64,000 bases of DNA from Octopus vulgaris (GCA_951406725.2 OX597818.1:91574001-91638000), one strand, 5' to 3'. Positions 36,601 to 51,154 are shown, counted from the stretch's first letter. Made by a program: numbers and translations. Notes: generated from the letters alone by a model not told the origin.

Positions 36601-37527
36601 TGTACTGTAGTAGTTTACTTTTTTATTTCGTTAGACATATTTGTGCAACATTAAAATTATTAGTATTGTGCCCTGTATTGTGGAAGACGGTGAGACAGTT
36701 CTTGTCTCTGCCACTATTGCCACCATTAACACCGTTACAGTTACTTTAATCTTGCTATTACAGCATTGCTCATCGTTAGTTACCAACAAGAATGTCTTGA
36801 TCTGTATTGGTGTGGCTAACCTTTGTGGCCATGGTGACAGTATAACCAATATTTATTTAAATCTGCCATCTTTGCGCCTACTACTATGTGGTATTATTAA
36901 ATGTTGTTTAGCTTCGACTTTTGTCTTGTACATGAAATAACCATAAATGTGTGACGTTTCAAGAGAATAGCAGGAGGAAGAGAAGTAGCTTGGTGAAAAG
37001 ATCAAATTCCACAAGTCTGTAAATAAGTTCGGCAGATGGTGGGAAGGGAATCAACATTGGGTCTTCGCATTCCTCTGCGATCAGGAGACAAGAAAAAGCC
37101 TCCCACCCTTGGGATCAGCAGAGGTCAAGTGTGTTTACTATTACAAGCGATGAATGAGCGCGCTGAACTTGACCTTGGAAACAACCAATTTGCTCGCCTT
37201 GTGTTTTTAATTACTGATAGAAAATATAATTATATATATACAGATGTTTACATCGTTGAATTTTTGAATTTCTGATTTTATAAAAAAAAAATTGTACTTT
37301 CCTCTTCTTTTTATAAGTATTCGTATTGTGCAGTTTCTATATATTGGCAGGTGCTTATCTTCTTAATTTTCGCATTGCATCCAATTGTGTTGTTGGAATA
37401 AATACATATTTGAGTAGTGAGGGAGAAAAGAAGGTAAAATTCTCAAAGAAAATTATAGATATTAAAGGTTTTAAATTTTCTAAATGTAGGCTCAACCAAA
37501 GAAAACTGCAGTATTTTTGCAATACAA

Positions 37528-38205
37528 AGTAATAAGCGCCGAATGTGTGGACAAAATGGTGAAATCGTATGGCATATTACCAGCCAATGTACGCCACTAG
37601 CCCAGAAAGAATATAAGAGACGTCATGACAATATACTAAGGATTGTTCATTGGATACTTTGCAACACGTATGGACTTGGCAGACAAGAGAAAAATGTGGT
37701 ACGAACATAAACCCCAAAGCATCATCGAAACTGATAATGCAAAGATACTATTCGACTTTATGATTCAGTGCGACCATGAGATAGAGAATAGAAAGCCAGA
37801 CATAGTGTGAATAGAGAAAAAAGCAAACGATGCTGGATCATAGATATAGCATGCCCAGCTAAAAACATGGTATGTGATAAGGAAGAAAGAAAAGTCGATA
37901 GACATGACAGTTTATCTTGGGAGGTTAAGCAGTTGTGGTTGCTGAAAAAGGTGTTAGTAGTACCAATGATTGTCGGAGCCCTAGGAACATGGAGTAAAGA
38001 TTTTGAGAAGTATATGGAAGAAATAGGAGCTGCAGTAATGGTGGAGCACTTGCAGAAAACTGCACTGTTTGGAACTGCTCGAGTACCCCGGATGGTACTC
38101 GAAAAATAAGGGGTGCTACCTTAGTTCACTGGTAGTGAACAGCTGACACAGTAGTAGAACTCCAGCGTTAGAAGCTGTACAAAAACAATGAAATGATAAT
38201 AATAG
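37528..38205 (+). mobile_element. R4/Dong-like non-LTR retrotransposon 3' end (CCHC knuckle plus restriction-like endonuclease)
   Basis: RMCGQNGEIVWHITSQCTPLAQKEYKRRHD, NRKPDIV, WIIDIACP, VVPMIVGALG, LQKTALFGTAR; short 3' UTR then a short (TAA)n tail. Confidence 0.85.
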
Positions 38206-38399
38206 GATTTTGAGATTGGTACTTGGATGTTGAATATATTTGCGCAATACTGGTAATTGGGCAACCTGATAATCGCTTCCTCATATGAGTGACAAGGAAA
38301 AATAATATTGTGAATAACGGTGGTAATGGAACTGAAGCACTTAATGGTGACAGTGTTGCACCCGGCAGGCTCAGAGATACTGGTGCAGCTCCAGCTTGT

Positions 38400-40885
38400 C
38401 GTTATCTAGCAATGTAGCAGCACACACCTCGTAGAAGGAATAAGCAAGTCAATGCTTTTGTCATGGAGTGCTGCTACATGAGCAAACTTGTAGAAGAAAA
38501 CAGTGCGCATATTTGGGGATACCGACAACGTATTTGTCAATGGAAAGAAAGAAGATTATATCAATTCTCGGAACAGAGATTATGTGATCAAACTAGAGCA
38601 ATAAAAAAATCGTTAGTTCACAGAAGTAAAGCTCGAAGCTAGCAAAAGATGAGTAATGAAAAACGGCAGCAGAGGAAACGATGAAAATACAGTTCCTATT
38701 GATAAAAGTAATCTCATAGCAGAAAACAAAGATTAGATCTCTAATAAACCACAGGAAACGAACAGTGATAGCTTCCTCGATGAGAGACAGAAAGATGGTT
38801 TGGTAGAAGACGATAAAACTAATAGTAACATGACAGATGAAAAAAAGGCAAGGCTACAAGAAAACTATGGTGAAATTATTTGCAACCTTAAAAAGGTTGA
38901 TCGGTGGAGATTGAATCAAGAAACGGAAAATGTGAATGAAGCTCCGAAATACATCAGAACAAAAAACACATCACAAAAACAAATAATTTGATCAAGGCTG
39001 CAAGTATTGTTGCAGAAAATGTAGGTGTTGCTGTCAAGAAAACGAAATATAATGGGAGTGACAAAAGAAAAGATCCATGGTGGAAAAGAAAAATACAGGG
39101 TTGGGGTAGATATGATCTTGAAGGACATTTCTGTTTTTGATTGAAAAGAAAAGGGAGAGCATAAATGCGAACAAAAATACAGGGCACTGAACAGAAAGTA
39201 TGATATTGAAAAAATGGCCTGAAAGTGGTAATGGAGGAACTGAAACAGCACCTCGGAGCAAAGAAAGCAAAGATGGTAATATACAACCAAAGAATGAAGG
39301 GATACCAGCAGAATAGGTTATTCAGAGTAGATCAGAAGAGATTCTACAAAGAAATAAATGGAGAGTATACAGATGAAAAGTTGATTCCAGAAACCATTGA
39401 AAGTTAAAGGTTTTGGAGTGACAAGGTGCACAAGAAGGATACTAAATGGTTGCAAGAACTGAAACAAACAGTAGTCTGTCCAAAACAGGCAGAACTAGTC
39501 ATTTCAGTTAGGGAAGTGAAGGAAATCAGCAAAGAAATGAGCAACTGGAAAGCCCCGGGACCAGATGGGGCTTCAAGGCTACTGTATCAAAAGATTTGGT
39601 GAATTCACGAAAAGCTGCGCAACTCAACACCTTGTTAAATGCCGACCAATTATCACGAGAGTGGTCGACGATTGGTAGGACAGTGCTGTGCTTGGAAAAC
39701 ATCGAAAAAGGCAATACGATAGAAAATTACAGGCCGATATCCTTCTTGCCGCTTATGTGGAAATTATTTACTGGAATAGCCGAAGAGTCAATTCCCTGCC
39801 ACATGAACAGAAGGGTTGCAAGCGTAAGTACAGAGGTACCAAGGATCAACTCCTGGTAGACAAAACTGTATTTAGAGACTGCAAGAGGAGGGAAACTAAC
39901 TTAGCCATGTCATTGGTCGATTATCGTAAAACATATATGATCCTACATTCGTGGATTATGGAGTGTATGAACCTATTCGTGTTGTATCGAATGTTGAACG
40001 ATTGCTTGGAAAAAGTATGGCAAAGTGGAGGGAGGTACTGACTGCACATGGAAGAAGGATGGGTACAATAGAAATCAGGAGAAGCATCATTCGAGGGGAC
40101 TAATCTTTGTACTGTGGATGATACCTCTGATACTGATTCTGAGGAAAGTAGTGGCTGGCTATGTATTCAAGAGCCGCCAACAAAACGTCAACCACTTCTT
40201 ATTCACGGTAAAGATGATTCCGAAGTTAGTTCTCTCGTTGATACGCTGTATATTTTCCATGCTAATATCAGAATGGAGTTCAAACTGAAAAAGTGTGAGG
40301 TGTTAGTCTTGAAGAGAGGCAAAATCAAATGTAGGGATGGTCTAGCGATACCGTCGGAGGAGGTTACGAAGCAAAGAGAAGAGACTGGCTATAAGTAGTT
40401 GGGGATATTAGAAATGCATAAACCGATGGAGAACGAAATCACAGAAATATTTAAGATGGAATACTTGCGCAGAATGAGACTGATCCTTAAGTCGCAATTA
40501 AACCGACGGAATAAGATTGAAGCTATCAACAGCTAGGCGGTTTCACTACTTAGATACGGAGCAGGGGTAATCACATAGACAGTAGACGAATTAAACTGCT
40601 TAGACTGAAAGACAAGGAAGTTGCTGATTAGATATAGGATACTCCATCCAAATAGTGACAGAGACAGACTGCAAGCACCAAGAAAAAGAAGTGGAAGAGG
40701 GCTGATTGGATACAATTACAGCATTAAAGCAGAAGAAAAAAACATAGCATGTTATGTATAGAATGCCACAAAAGCACTATTATTGGACGTAAGAAGGTCA
40801 AACCTGTTAGGTTAAAAGATTGCAAAGATAAAGCACTGTACAAGCACTTAAGAATGAAGCAAAAATACAGAATAGACGAATTCTG
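38400..40885 (+). mobile_element. R4/Dong-like non-LTR retrotransposon, N-terminus plus RT (pseudogenised)
   Basis: [108 protein letters not shown]; many stops and frameshifts. Confidence 0.85.
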
Positions 40886-41420
40886 AATATTTTTCGGACT
40901 GAGTTTTATCAGCCCTACCTTTATAAAATCCTTCCTATTGGCTTGTAATTGAGCGTCTAAACTTCGCACGTCATTTTCTTGTTTTGGGTTTCTGTCCGTT
41001 TCGCTACTTCCAGCATCCTGGGATTCTTGCATGAATTGGTCATGTCATTCGTTCACTTTCCAGTTACTTGTTCTATTGGTCTTGCTTCTCTTGATTTCTT
41101 AATGTGGTTCGTTAATTTTTTGGAAATTTCGAGACACCGATCATATTCTTCCTGCAGTCCATTCAACATAATTTTTCAAATCCAATATTGCACTACTTAA
41201 TGGCACTGCCTTCATTTAGCAAACCTCTGCCCTTTCCTTCCTTGGTAGGTAGTTTATGTTAGTATTACTTGTAGGTTGGTATATGTGGTACATTGTGAGC
41301 AGCTTCATATTTCTTTAGTCTATCGTGTGTATCTCGATTTTCCTCGTTTAAAAAAAGGAGTAACTTATCTTAATACTGTCACAGCCCATCAATTCAGTGC
41401 TTTGGCAATATTCACTCCAT
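40886..41420 (-). mobile_element. R4/Dong-like RT thumb fragment, opposite orientation
   Basis: NIAKALN*WAVTVLR, KLLTMYHIYQP, YLPRKE...GLL on the minus strand. Confidence 0.6.
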
Positions 41421-41429
41421 AATATTTTT

Positions 41430-41441
41430 TCTTCTTTTTCT

Positions 41442-41473
<32 letters not shown>

Positions 41474-41516
41474 TTCTTCTTCTTCTTCTTCTTCTTCTTC
41501 TTCTTCTTCTTCTATC

Positions 41517-41588
<72 letters not shown>

Positions 41589-41623
41589 CATTATTATTAT
41601 TAGTAGTATTCTCATTATTATTA

Positions 41624-41688
<65 letters not shown>

Positions 41689-41712
41689 GTTATTGTTATT
41701 ATTATTATTATA

Positions 41713-41766
<54 letters not shown>

Positions 41767-41806
41767 ATTATTATTATAATTATTATTATTATTATTATTA
41801 TTGTTA

Positions 41807-41878
<72 letters not shown>

Positions 41879-41891
41879 TTATTATTATTAT

Positions 41892-41938
<47 letters not shown>

Positions 41939-42500
41939 AATGGAAACTGACACAACTATTTATTACGAAACGCATAGTGCTCATGTTTTACTTACTATTA
42001 TTATTATTGTTGTTATCGTCGCCATCAAAATTATAATCATCATCATCATCAATTATCATCGTCATCACCACCATCAATTTGACACATGTTACATGTTACG
42101 ATTTCAAGCGACAATAAATTGGTAATGGGATGCTAAACATCGAACAAGGAAGAAAACACAGCAAAATTTGCTGTTAAATCGAAAAATGAGATCTATTTAG
42201 TTATGCAACATCGCTATCGCTACAAACATCAACCTCACCGTCATCATCATCACCATCATTATCAGCATCAGCTTCTTCGTCACTATCTTCATCATTATCA
42301 CCATCATCATCACAGCCACAACCAGATCCACCACCGTAAACCTCATCAACACCATCGCCGTGATTATCACCATCAATTTTTATTATTATTGCCGTCGATG
42401 TCGCCATCAATACCCTTCTTCTCCACCATCTTCTCCTCCGCCACATTCCCCTCCTCATCATCATCACCATTCTTCTTCTAGTTCACATTATTATTGTTGC

Positions 42501-42590
<90 letters not shown>

Positions 42591-42595
42591 CATTA

Positions 42596-42677
<82 letters not shown>

Positions 42678-42718
42678 CATTATTATTATTATTATTATTT
42701 TTATTATCAACATCATTA

Positions 42719-42782
<64 letters not shown>

Positions 42783-42892
42783 CATTACTATTATATATAT
42801 TATTATTATCATTATTATTGTTGTTGGTGGTGGTGTTGTCGTTGTTATTATTATTGTTATTATTATCATTATTATCATCATCATCATCATCA

Positions 42893-42943
<51 letters not shown>
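41430..42943. repeat. Large compound trinucleotide microsatellite field: (CTT)n, (ATT)n, (TAG)n, (CAT)n
   Basis: Direct inspection; the source of the poly-I/N/Y/L ORFs in the track. Confidence 0.95.
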
Positions 42944-43671
42944 GCATCATCCGATATAAAGATTAGCTAATGAATACAATAGATGATTTCTATTAAGAAT
43001 GAAGAATATATTTCACATTGCATCAGTTTTTTTTACATTAGATTTTACATTATCTAGAATCGGTTTGCAGAACGTGTTTATTTTTCTATTTTCTTTCCAC
43101 TGTGTTTTCCAAATTAAATATTGGATAACACAAGAACTATCACATATTTGTACGAATTGTTCATGTGCCTAGGATCTATTTTTAGCTGCCGCAAAATGTA
43201 TGAAAACAGTTTGACAACTCCTATCATTAATAAACACCTGCGAATATAATGAGCGCATAACTGAACACAAGATATATCTAAGATATTAACAGAATGGTTA
43301 TAGGATTCGAAATGATAGCAATAACCTATCATTATATAGAATACTATCAAAACTGTTCTTTAAACGACGTAATGAAAGGAGTGTAAACGTGAAATTGCTA
43401 TATGTTGCAGTTTACCTGAAGCATTCGCAACATGGAGTGACATACTCCCACTTCTTTTCTCAATATTTGTTAGCCATACCTTGCACACACAGACACAAAC
43501 ACACACACATACACACACAAATATATGTATGTATGTATATATATATATATATATATTATACATATGCATGATACATAATATATACAAATTTACATACAAG
43601 CATATAGCTATGTATGCATATAATTTATTATATATATATATATATATACATATCAAATAGAACATTTCATT

Positions 43672-43722
<51 letters not shown>

Positions 43723-43739
43723 TACATATATATAGAGAG

Positions 43740-45035
43740 AGATTCCTTGGAAGAAAGCAGCGAATGGATACGAAAACGAGGGCGTAAAATAACGGAGAAA
43801 TGGTACACAAATACAAATGCAAATAACATGACATTAACAACAGATGTTTTTCTATAAGGACGAAATAAATTAAGCTGTTGTGTGTGGACGTGAAGCCTTA
43901 CGACAGGGATATAAAAGATGACAGGCACGGAAAGGAATATAGACGTTGCACGGATGGTAGTCGAACCAAGAAAGAAAGGTCAGGCTTGGCCGAACATTGG
44001 TCACGTGGAGGGAGAGGAGAGAGGTAGAGGCAGAGGGATAGAAGAATTAGGGAGGGACGAGAAAAAAAAGAAAAGGCAGAGAGTGAAGTGAAAGAAGAGG
44101 GAGGGTGAGAATGCAGGGAAGTCTAGAAAATGTGAGAGAGGGGGGACGAAAGAAAGAAGACTGGAAACAACGAAGTGCGAAGGCGCTGATAGAAAGAAAG
44201 GACAGTGCAAGAACAAGACATCGACGTACGTAGGGGAAAGAGCATGGAGCATAGGAGAACGGGTAAATGGCATTAGAGAGAATTCAATAAAGAGAAAAGC
44301 TCATTGGTTCTGTACCAGCACGCCAAGCAAGAACACGGGAGCTCACTCAACAACATAGAAGTTAAAATCTTGTCAGAAAAGTTAAAATCTCCACATAGAA
44401 CAGACGCAACGCTTAGATAAATTACAGATGCTATACACATTATAGAAGATAAACCTAGCCTGAATAGGAGACTGAAATGTAACACTAGTACACACTTCCA
44501 ACACACCACAACATATGACTAAATAAGATTCCCATAAACCGATAAGAATATGAACAAAATATAATACAATACACAGATAAACAAATGGAATTAAATAACT
44601 ACATACGTTAGCAAAACTAAATTAAATTAAATACAAACAAGAAAGAATAGAAAAATAATAAGTAAGTATAAACACATGAACAAAATAAATAAATTAAACT
44701 AACATGTATAAACAGGGGATACAAATAATACAGTCACTCCCCGACAGACACGCACTCACTAAGCATAGACAAGCATAGGAGGTATTCGCATGAACAATTA
44801 AAGACACATACAATCGGAATAAAAATACAAAATGACTGATGGTTAGTAAGGAAAGACACACAAATAAGAAAGAAGATATCAAAGGACCACTGATGAGGTC
44901 ACAGAAGTGTGACGAAAGAACTCTGGCCGAAATACGATTAACGTAAAAAATAAAATAAAGCTGAAGCAAATTAACACCAAATATACAGTGTGTGTGTTTT
45001 ATTGGCTATAGTGACAACATGGCCATCCCCAAATA
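43740..45035 (+). mobile_element. Penelope-like element remnant (GIY-YIG endonuclease plus 3' region)
   Basis: QCKNKTSTYVG...SIGER...LVLYQHAKQEHG...EVKIL...DATLR*ITDAIHIIEDKPSLNR (~44200-44490) matches the PLE GIY-YIG layout; a CTGATGA...GAAA hammerhead-like motif lies downstream at 44890-44945. Boundaries approximate. Confidence 0.65.
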
Positions 45036-45059
45036 CAACAATATATATATATACAACAG

Positions 45060-45414
45060 TCATATTAACAAGTTCGTCAATTGTTTGGTGACTGCCCTCC
45101 AAAATTTGTTCATGAATTTTCAGGATGCTTTCATTTGTTCAGGAGGTCGACGGTCACCCTGAATGAGGTTGCTCTTCAAACGACAAGTGAACATTCCTAA
45201 AGCGTAGAAACACTCGTAAACTAGTGTTTTGCTCGTGGCAGGAATTTCATGGATGTGCGCTGTCCTTCGTTTCAGCCATCGACTTAAATCGATGACACCG
45301 GTCGACAGCTTGATGTCCAAGAGTTGCATCAAGAGGCTTCTTTCGGCGGAAGCCTGAGCTACAACGGGTTTATCCCACAGAGACAGTTTCCGGTTACTTT
45401 TGGGCACCCCCACG
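45060..45414 (-). mobile_element. Mariner 5' fragment
   Basis: TA|CGTGGGGGTGCCCAAAAGTAACCGGAA TIR; SKTLVYECF and frameshifted SGRPSTS-like HTH linker. Confidence 0.65.
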
Positions 45415-47569
45415 TATGTGTGTGTGTGTACATATACATATTCATACATAAGTATATATACACACACATTCATATATACTATATATGATACACAGACAAA
45501 CACACAAACATAAACATATAACACACACATGGCCCTTAATCTTTTTTCTCCTAACTTTTTCTTCCAAAAACTTTTTGCATTCTTGTACTTGCTCCGTTGA
45601 AGGGCTAATGACCGAAATATGACCTCTACCCATCTTTTTAAGCGTGAAGCAAATACGAATTCATAAGAAGTTGTCATGCCCATGTTAGCTTTTTTATGCT
45701 GTCATTGTGCAACGAACACATGCAAACACTCACACATATACATTATCGCCGGCCACTCTTATTGCTACAAGTAACCCAGTTCAGCGTGCAGCATGGTTGG
45801 CTCGTCCGCGACTAAAACGGTAACTGTCCCAAGCCTGTTTGATAAGTTGAATAGTTTTCATTGCAGAGCCTGCAAGTCGAAAACCAAAATATGTCGGAAG
45901 GCGTATGGATTCAATAGATTCAGCGATCATCAAACAACTGAGAGTGAGAAAAGTCTAGTCTGTCTTTAGACAACTCTCTAGAAAGAAAACTCTGATGCGA
46001 CATCATCAACTACGTTTGCATCAAATAATGTAGACTAGTTCTATTTTCTCGCAAATTGATATGTTGCTTAGAATGTGGGATTGGCTCCAGGCTTGATTAT
46101 GAACATCTCTACTACGTGTTGTATACCTAGGCTCACCGTAGCCGAAAAAAGGCAAAACACTGGATCAAAAATTCCGTGAGAAAATGAAGTCGTGCGCCAA
46201 CTTTGGTGAAAAATAAGCTACCGCAAGAGATGCAGTCACTGCTGCATCTCTTCTCCTGTTTAAGAGAACAATCAAGTAATAACGTTACTCGAAATCAATT
46301 TGCAACCATTCAGCACAAATGCACACATACACGCGCACACAAATCTATATATTTATGTATTCATACAAATTGGTAATGACAACAGCTGTGCAAGTCTTTC
46401 ATAACATGTATGTTCTACTCGGCTGATAGCCAGCTTTAACTAGATTGCACTTCTTGGAGGTTGTGGAATATCTTTGTCTTAGGGAGTATGAATGTCTGCC
46501 AAAGGCGCAAATACAAATAATTTGCGACAGTGTTTAATCGATTACTGTGATCGCAGTAATCATTCGGTTCTTTATTCGGTTCTTTAGAGTTTCAGTTCGG
46601 TAAAAGGCATCGTTAATCTCCAAGTGATTTGAACACAGTAAATCTCTTAACCAAATCCCTCAAAACATTTTCTAGGCGCCTTAAAGGCTGCTCTAATCAT
46701 CCACTCTTGTTTAGGAGCGTAATGCTAGTGAGGATCATTTCTCCAGATGATTGATTGTTTCGTCAGTGTAATTTGTTGCTGAACGTATGAAATACAAAAG
46801 ATTGATGAAGGGAGTACAATGAAGACCGTGAAATATTTTAAACTGAAATTCGGTGTTATATGAATATGTCGAACTCTCAGAAATTTTCTCTTCTGTTTTT
46901 TTTTTCTGTTACACGGGCTCTGTCTATCAGCAAACCAAATCTCATATTTGTATTTATCTATTCATTTCGACTGGACATTAAATAAAGTAGTAAAATCAGA
47001 CATAAAAGTAACCTTATTGATAACTGAATTTGAAATATATTAGCTAAGGTCTGAAATAGAAATATTAAGTTTACCATACAAATCGGAAGGTGAAGGCCTT
47101 ATTCAAGTGGATTATTATAAGATAACACCTATAGAGCTGCAAAAATATCTCGCAGAAAACAATAGAAAACTAATACAGTAAGACAAAAAATGTTGAAGGA
47201 GACAAACGGTTTCCGTTGTTTTGAAATAAACTGAGATGTTGCATCTTAGTAGGACATATTCTTTCCAGATTATTCTTGGAGTGAGGACTTTGATTATTAT
47301 TATTATTACAGAATTGTAATTTGTTTAGGAAAGATTTGAATTTTCAGATATTGTATATTGGTAATGTTGATCATTGTGGTGGTGGTGGTAGTGATATTAA
47401 GGCAAGCGTAAACCAGATGCATAATTAAATACAATCCAATATTAGTCAACGTTTTCTTTTATATTCAGATGCACTTCCAATGTCCTTCAATGACTGAAAA
47501 TGGTCAGGTGCGATTAGATTTGTGTTTGGCTGCTATTTCTAGCATGTTAAGTAATTCTAAATTGTTAGC

Positions 47570-47966
47570 AAGGCTGCGAGCTAGCAGAAATGTTAGCACG
47601 CCGGACGAAATGCTTAGCGTATTCCGTCTGTCTTTACGTTCTGAGTTGAAATTCCGCCGAGGTCGATTTTGCCTTCCATCCTTTCGGGGTCCATAAATTA
47701 AGATACCAGTTACGCACTAGGGTCGATGTAATCGACTTAATACCTATGTCTGTCCTTGTTTGTCCCCTCTATGTTTAGCCCCTTGAGAGTAATAAAGAAA
47801 TAGGTATTTCGTCTGTCTTTAAGCTCTGAGTTCAAATTCCGGCGAGGTCGACTTTGTCTTTCATCCTTTTGGAGTCGACAAATTAAGTACCAGTTGCCTA
47901 CTGAGGTTGGTGTAATCGACGTACCCCTCCAAAAATTCTTGCCCTGTGCTTAGAGTAGAAGAGAAC
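47570..47966 (+). mobile_element. Dimeric SINE family A copy with target-site duplication
   Basis: Flanked by the 14-bp direct repeat TCTAAATTGTTAGC at 47556-47569 and 47967-47980. Confidence 0.88.
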
Positions 47967-48893
47967 TCTAAATTGTTAGCTAGTTTTTATTGACGATGTT
48001 GATGCTGTTATTGCAGTAATAACTACTAGTGTCGTAGTTGTGATTGTGCGATGTTAAATATTTTTTCAATGTTGAATTAGCAGATATTTATTCACGAGTT
48101 TCAAACATGTCAATTATATATTTTATTTGAAATGTATCCTAAATTTCCTTATCCAATATTATGTTCATTTAGGGTATAATTGGGGTGATGAGATGCTGCT
48201 ATGCAAAGCAGATCGGAGGACCAAATACAGGTCGCAAATATGAATCGTATAGGTTGTTCACATGTTCCGAACGAAATATGTATGAACCAATCTGAAGATC
48301 CAGAGTGTGATAACGTCTCAGAGATGAAGAACTGTAGAGATGACATGACGATGAGAATGACAATAATAATGATGATGATGATGATCATGACCACGATCAT
48401 GATGATGATAAGGATGCTGATGATAATTATAATGATGATAAGGAGAACAACAATAAGGGTGAAGAAGATGAGAAAGAATGCGCATAGTTCAACAATTACT
48501 AATTACTAATTTACCGATTTTAAAGTTTTATGTTCATCAATTGTATTTCGAAAGCTGGTTCTTCAATTGCATGTGACCCAGCCCAAGACATTGAGAATAT
48601 AATTTAGGATGACAATTGGCAGGCAAAAATTAGTAAACTTTTCAAGGACCAGCATTCGGGCAGGCAGAGTGTGACGGGAAGATAACACACCATAGAATGC
48701 GGGAAAACAGCCTCATTAGCATACGATTCCGGAAAGACTTTTGTTCATGTATAGAATTACAGCATCAGTCAATGTTCTGTCATCATCTGTAAACATGATT
48801 TAATATAGCTACCATATTATCAACTTATGGTGCTCTAGCATGGCCGCAGTTAGATGACTGAAACAAATAATAGAGTGAAAGAGAATATATGTA

Positions 48894-48898
<5 letters not shown>

Positions 48899-48973
<75 letters not shown>

Positions 48974-48982
48974 GAGATAGAG

Positions 48983-49013
<31 letters not shown>

Positions 49014-49097
49014 CAGATACATACATACAGATATATATATATATATATATATATATGTACGGATGTGTGTATGCATGTGTGTGTATGTGTGTGTGTG
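48899..49097. repeat. (TA)n-(GATA)n-(TG)n microsatellite cluster
   Basis: Direct inspection. Confidence 0.9.
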
Positions 49098-49196
49098 TCT
49101 ATAAGAGGAAGTAGCGGAGTTTTCTTAACGCTTTTCACACAAATATTGATAACATTACAAAAAGCATAACATAAGTCATATTTAGGATTATATTAT

Positions 49197-49202
49197 TTTA
49201 TT
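49197..49202 (-). promoter_or_regulatory. Candidate polyadenylation signal of gene B
   Basis: First minus-strand AATAAA I can find after the stop, ~390 nt downstream. Confidence 0.4.
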
Positions 49203-49312
49203 ATCATATTCTCACCTCAATTTTCTGCAATATATATATAAATACCAGCATACATATACACATACATTCATATATATATGTACATATACATATATGTATA
49301 TATGTATGTATA

Positions 49313-49366
<54 letters not shown>

Positions 49367-49589
49367 TATACATCTATGTATGTGTATCGCGTTTACATGT
49401 GTGGCAATATTTAAGCAATTGTCTCTTCAATAGCTACTAAGGTATCTATTGACGTTCTATCACAGAAGATTCAGTAAGATACACCATAGTTAAAATCATT
49501 GCCATTTCTGAACAGTATTTATCATCCAGAATATCAAGGTGAATGGTTATACAATTTTGCGGTTAATAGTTAAGACTGTTTTTGTTCTC

Positions 49590-49754
49590 TTAGAATTCGG
49601 TACGTGTCCTTCTTTGGAGGTAGCTAGACAACTTAGAGTGACTCATGACGCGGTTCCTCAGTGCCATCAGTTTTGGGTAGCTGCTCAGCATTGATGGTTC
49701 ATCCGTAAGTGGATTCTCAAGGGCGCAGTAGCACATCATGTCAGCCATGGTCAT
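49590..49754 (-). CDS. S-crystallin B exon 6
   Basis: CTCCTACAG|ATG; [16 protein letters not shown]...RRTRTEF TAA. Confidence 0.96.
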   Translation of the reverse strand: MTMADMMCYCALENPLTDEPSMLSSYPKLMALRNRVMSHSKLSSYLQRRTRTEF

Positions 49755-51120
49755 CTGTAGGAGAGATAATATTTCAGGAGAAGCATTAGTGAGAGAAATA
49801 GTTACTTCGTTAATATACAATATGAGTTAAAGCTCATGTAAGTGCTTATTCAAAGAATTTATTCTAAACACGTTCATAGATATTATGAAGATTCTATTGC
49901 CTTTCTGTTTTCCAATAAAGTTTGAAACTTTGGTTTGAAAATATCAGCTGTAATTAATACGAAAAAACCCTCCAGGCTACATCCCGAAAATTAATTTCTT
50001 TCCCGATTTTCTACAATGTTTACGGCGATTCGTTTTTATATCTTGATTTTTTATTTTTCATGCAATTTACGCATGCTTGCACGCGTGGTGAACACAGTTC
50101 ACGTCAAAAAGCTGACTGAGTAAAGTTCACTATTCAATGCATCGGATGAGGCCTAAACAAACACATTATCGATTTTTGTACTTGCGAGATGAATTTCGGA
50201 ACAGAAATAGCGCAGTTCAGTTTTCATTCGCCTAAACTTTAAGTGACCCATTTTTGGAAAGCAGATATTTTCTTTCATATTTGATCTCTTATCTGTTACT
50301 TCTTTCAATCATTGAGCTGAAAGACATAATAAGGTATCTCGTTGAAGTGTGTAATCGCACGAATCGGCACTAGCACTTTCTATTTAAACTTGGTACGTAT
50401 TCCATCATCCCCTTTGCTGCAAAGCTAAGTCGCGGGGATGTAAACAAAGCAACACTGATTATTAAGTGGTGTGGCGGGAAGAACCGCAAACACAAACAAC
50501 AAAAGAAATTTGTAGATTTTCTTGCGTATATTTTTCCCAATATTTAATCATCGTCTGTTGTAACTATGAAACTCCCAGTAGCAATATCAAGGGGCACAGA
50601 TAATGTACAGGATTTGACTTATAAATTGAGGAATTATAATTAGTTCCTAGAAAGATTTGTTATAAGTTATAAGGATTATAGTACTACTTACCTGGTCACC
50701 CATGAAAAACTGTCTACCACCGCTGTGCATGTCCAAAGTTCTTTCCAAGAATGGCAGGATTCTGTTACAGGTTTCCCTATATCTCATGCGTTTTTCGGAC
50801 TGAGAATAATAAAATACAATTAATATGCAAATAGTATATTTAATCACACAAGACACACACGCACACACACACATACATACACATGTATAAATACACATAT
50901 ACATATGTAAGTATGTATATTAATATTTGTTATAATAAAACAATTTTATATTAACGAGAAAGATTATTGAAATATTTCCCTGAATACAAATCTATCGTTT
51001 TTTTCAACCCATTTAGTTGACGATAACTTTGAAATTTCGGCCTCTTAAATTCTGATGGGTTACCTGGACGAAAATCCCAAATTATTGTAATTACTATTCT
51101 TGTTAAACCACCTATAAGCG

Positions 51121-51154
<34 letters not shown>

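Noticed and set aside
41397-42970. Long ORFs of poly-I/L/N/Y/H (up to 194 aa)
   Set aside because: They are translations of trinucleotide microsatellites with no splice or domain evidence; the same applies to the many [12 protein letters not shown] ORFs.
45120-45683. 187-aa minus-strand ORF
   Set aside because: A chance frame across unique sequence, a (TG)n tract and a mariner fragment; not a coherent protein.
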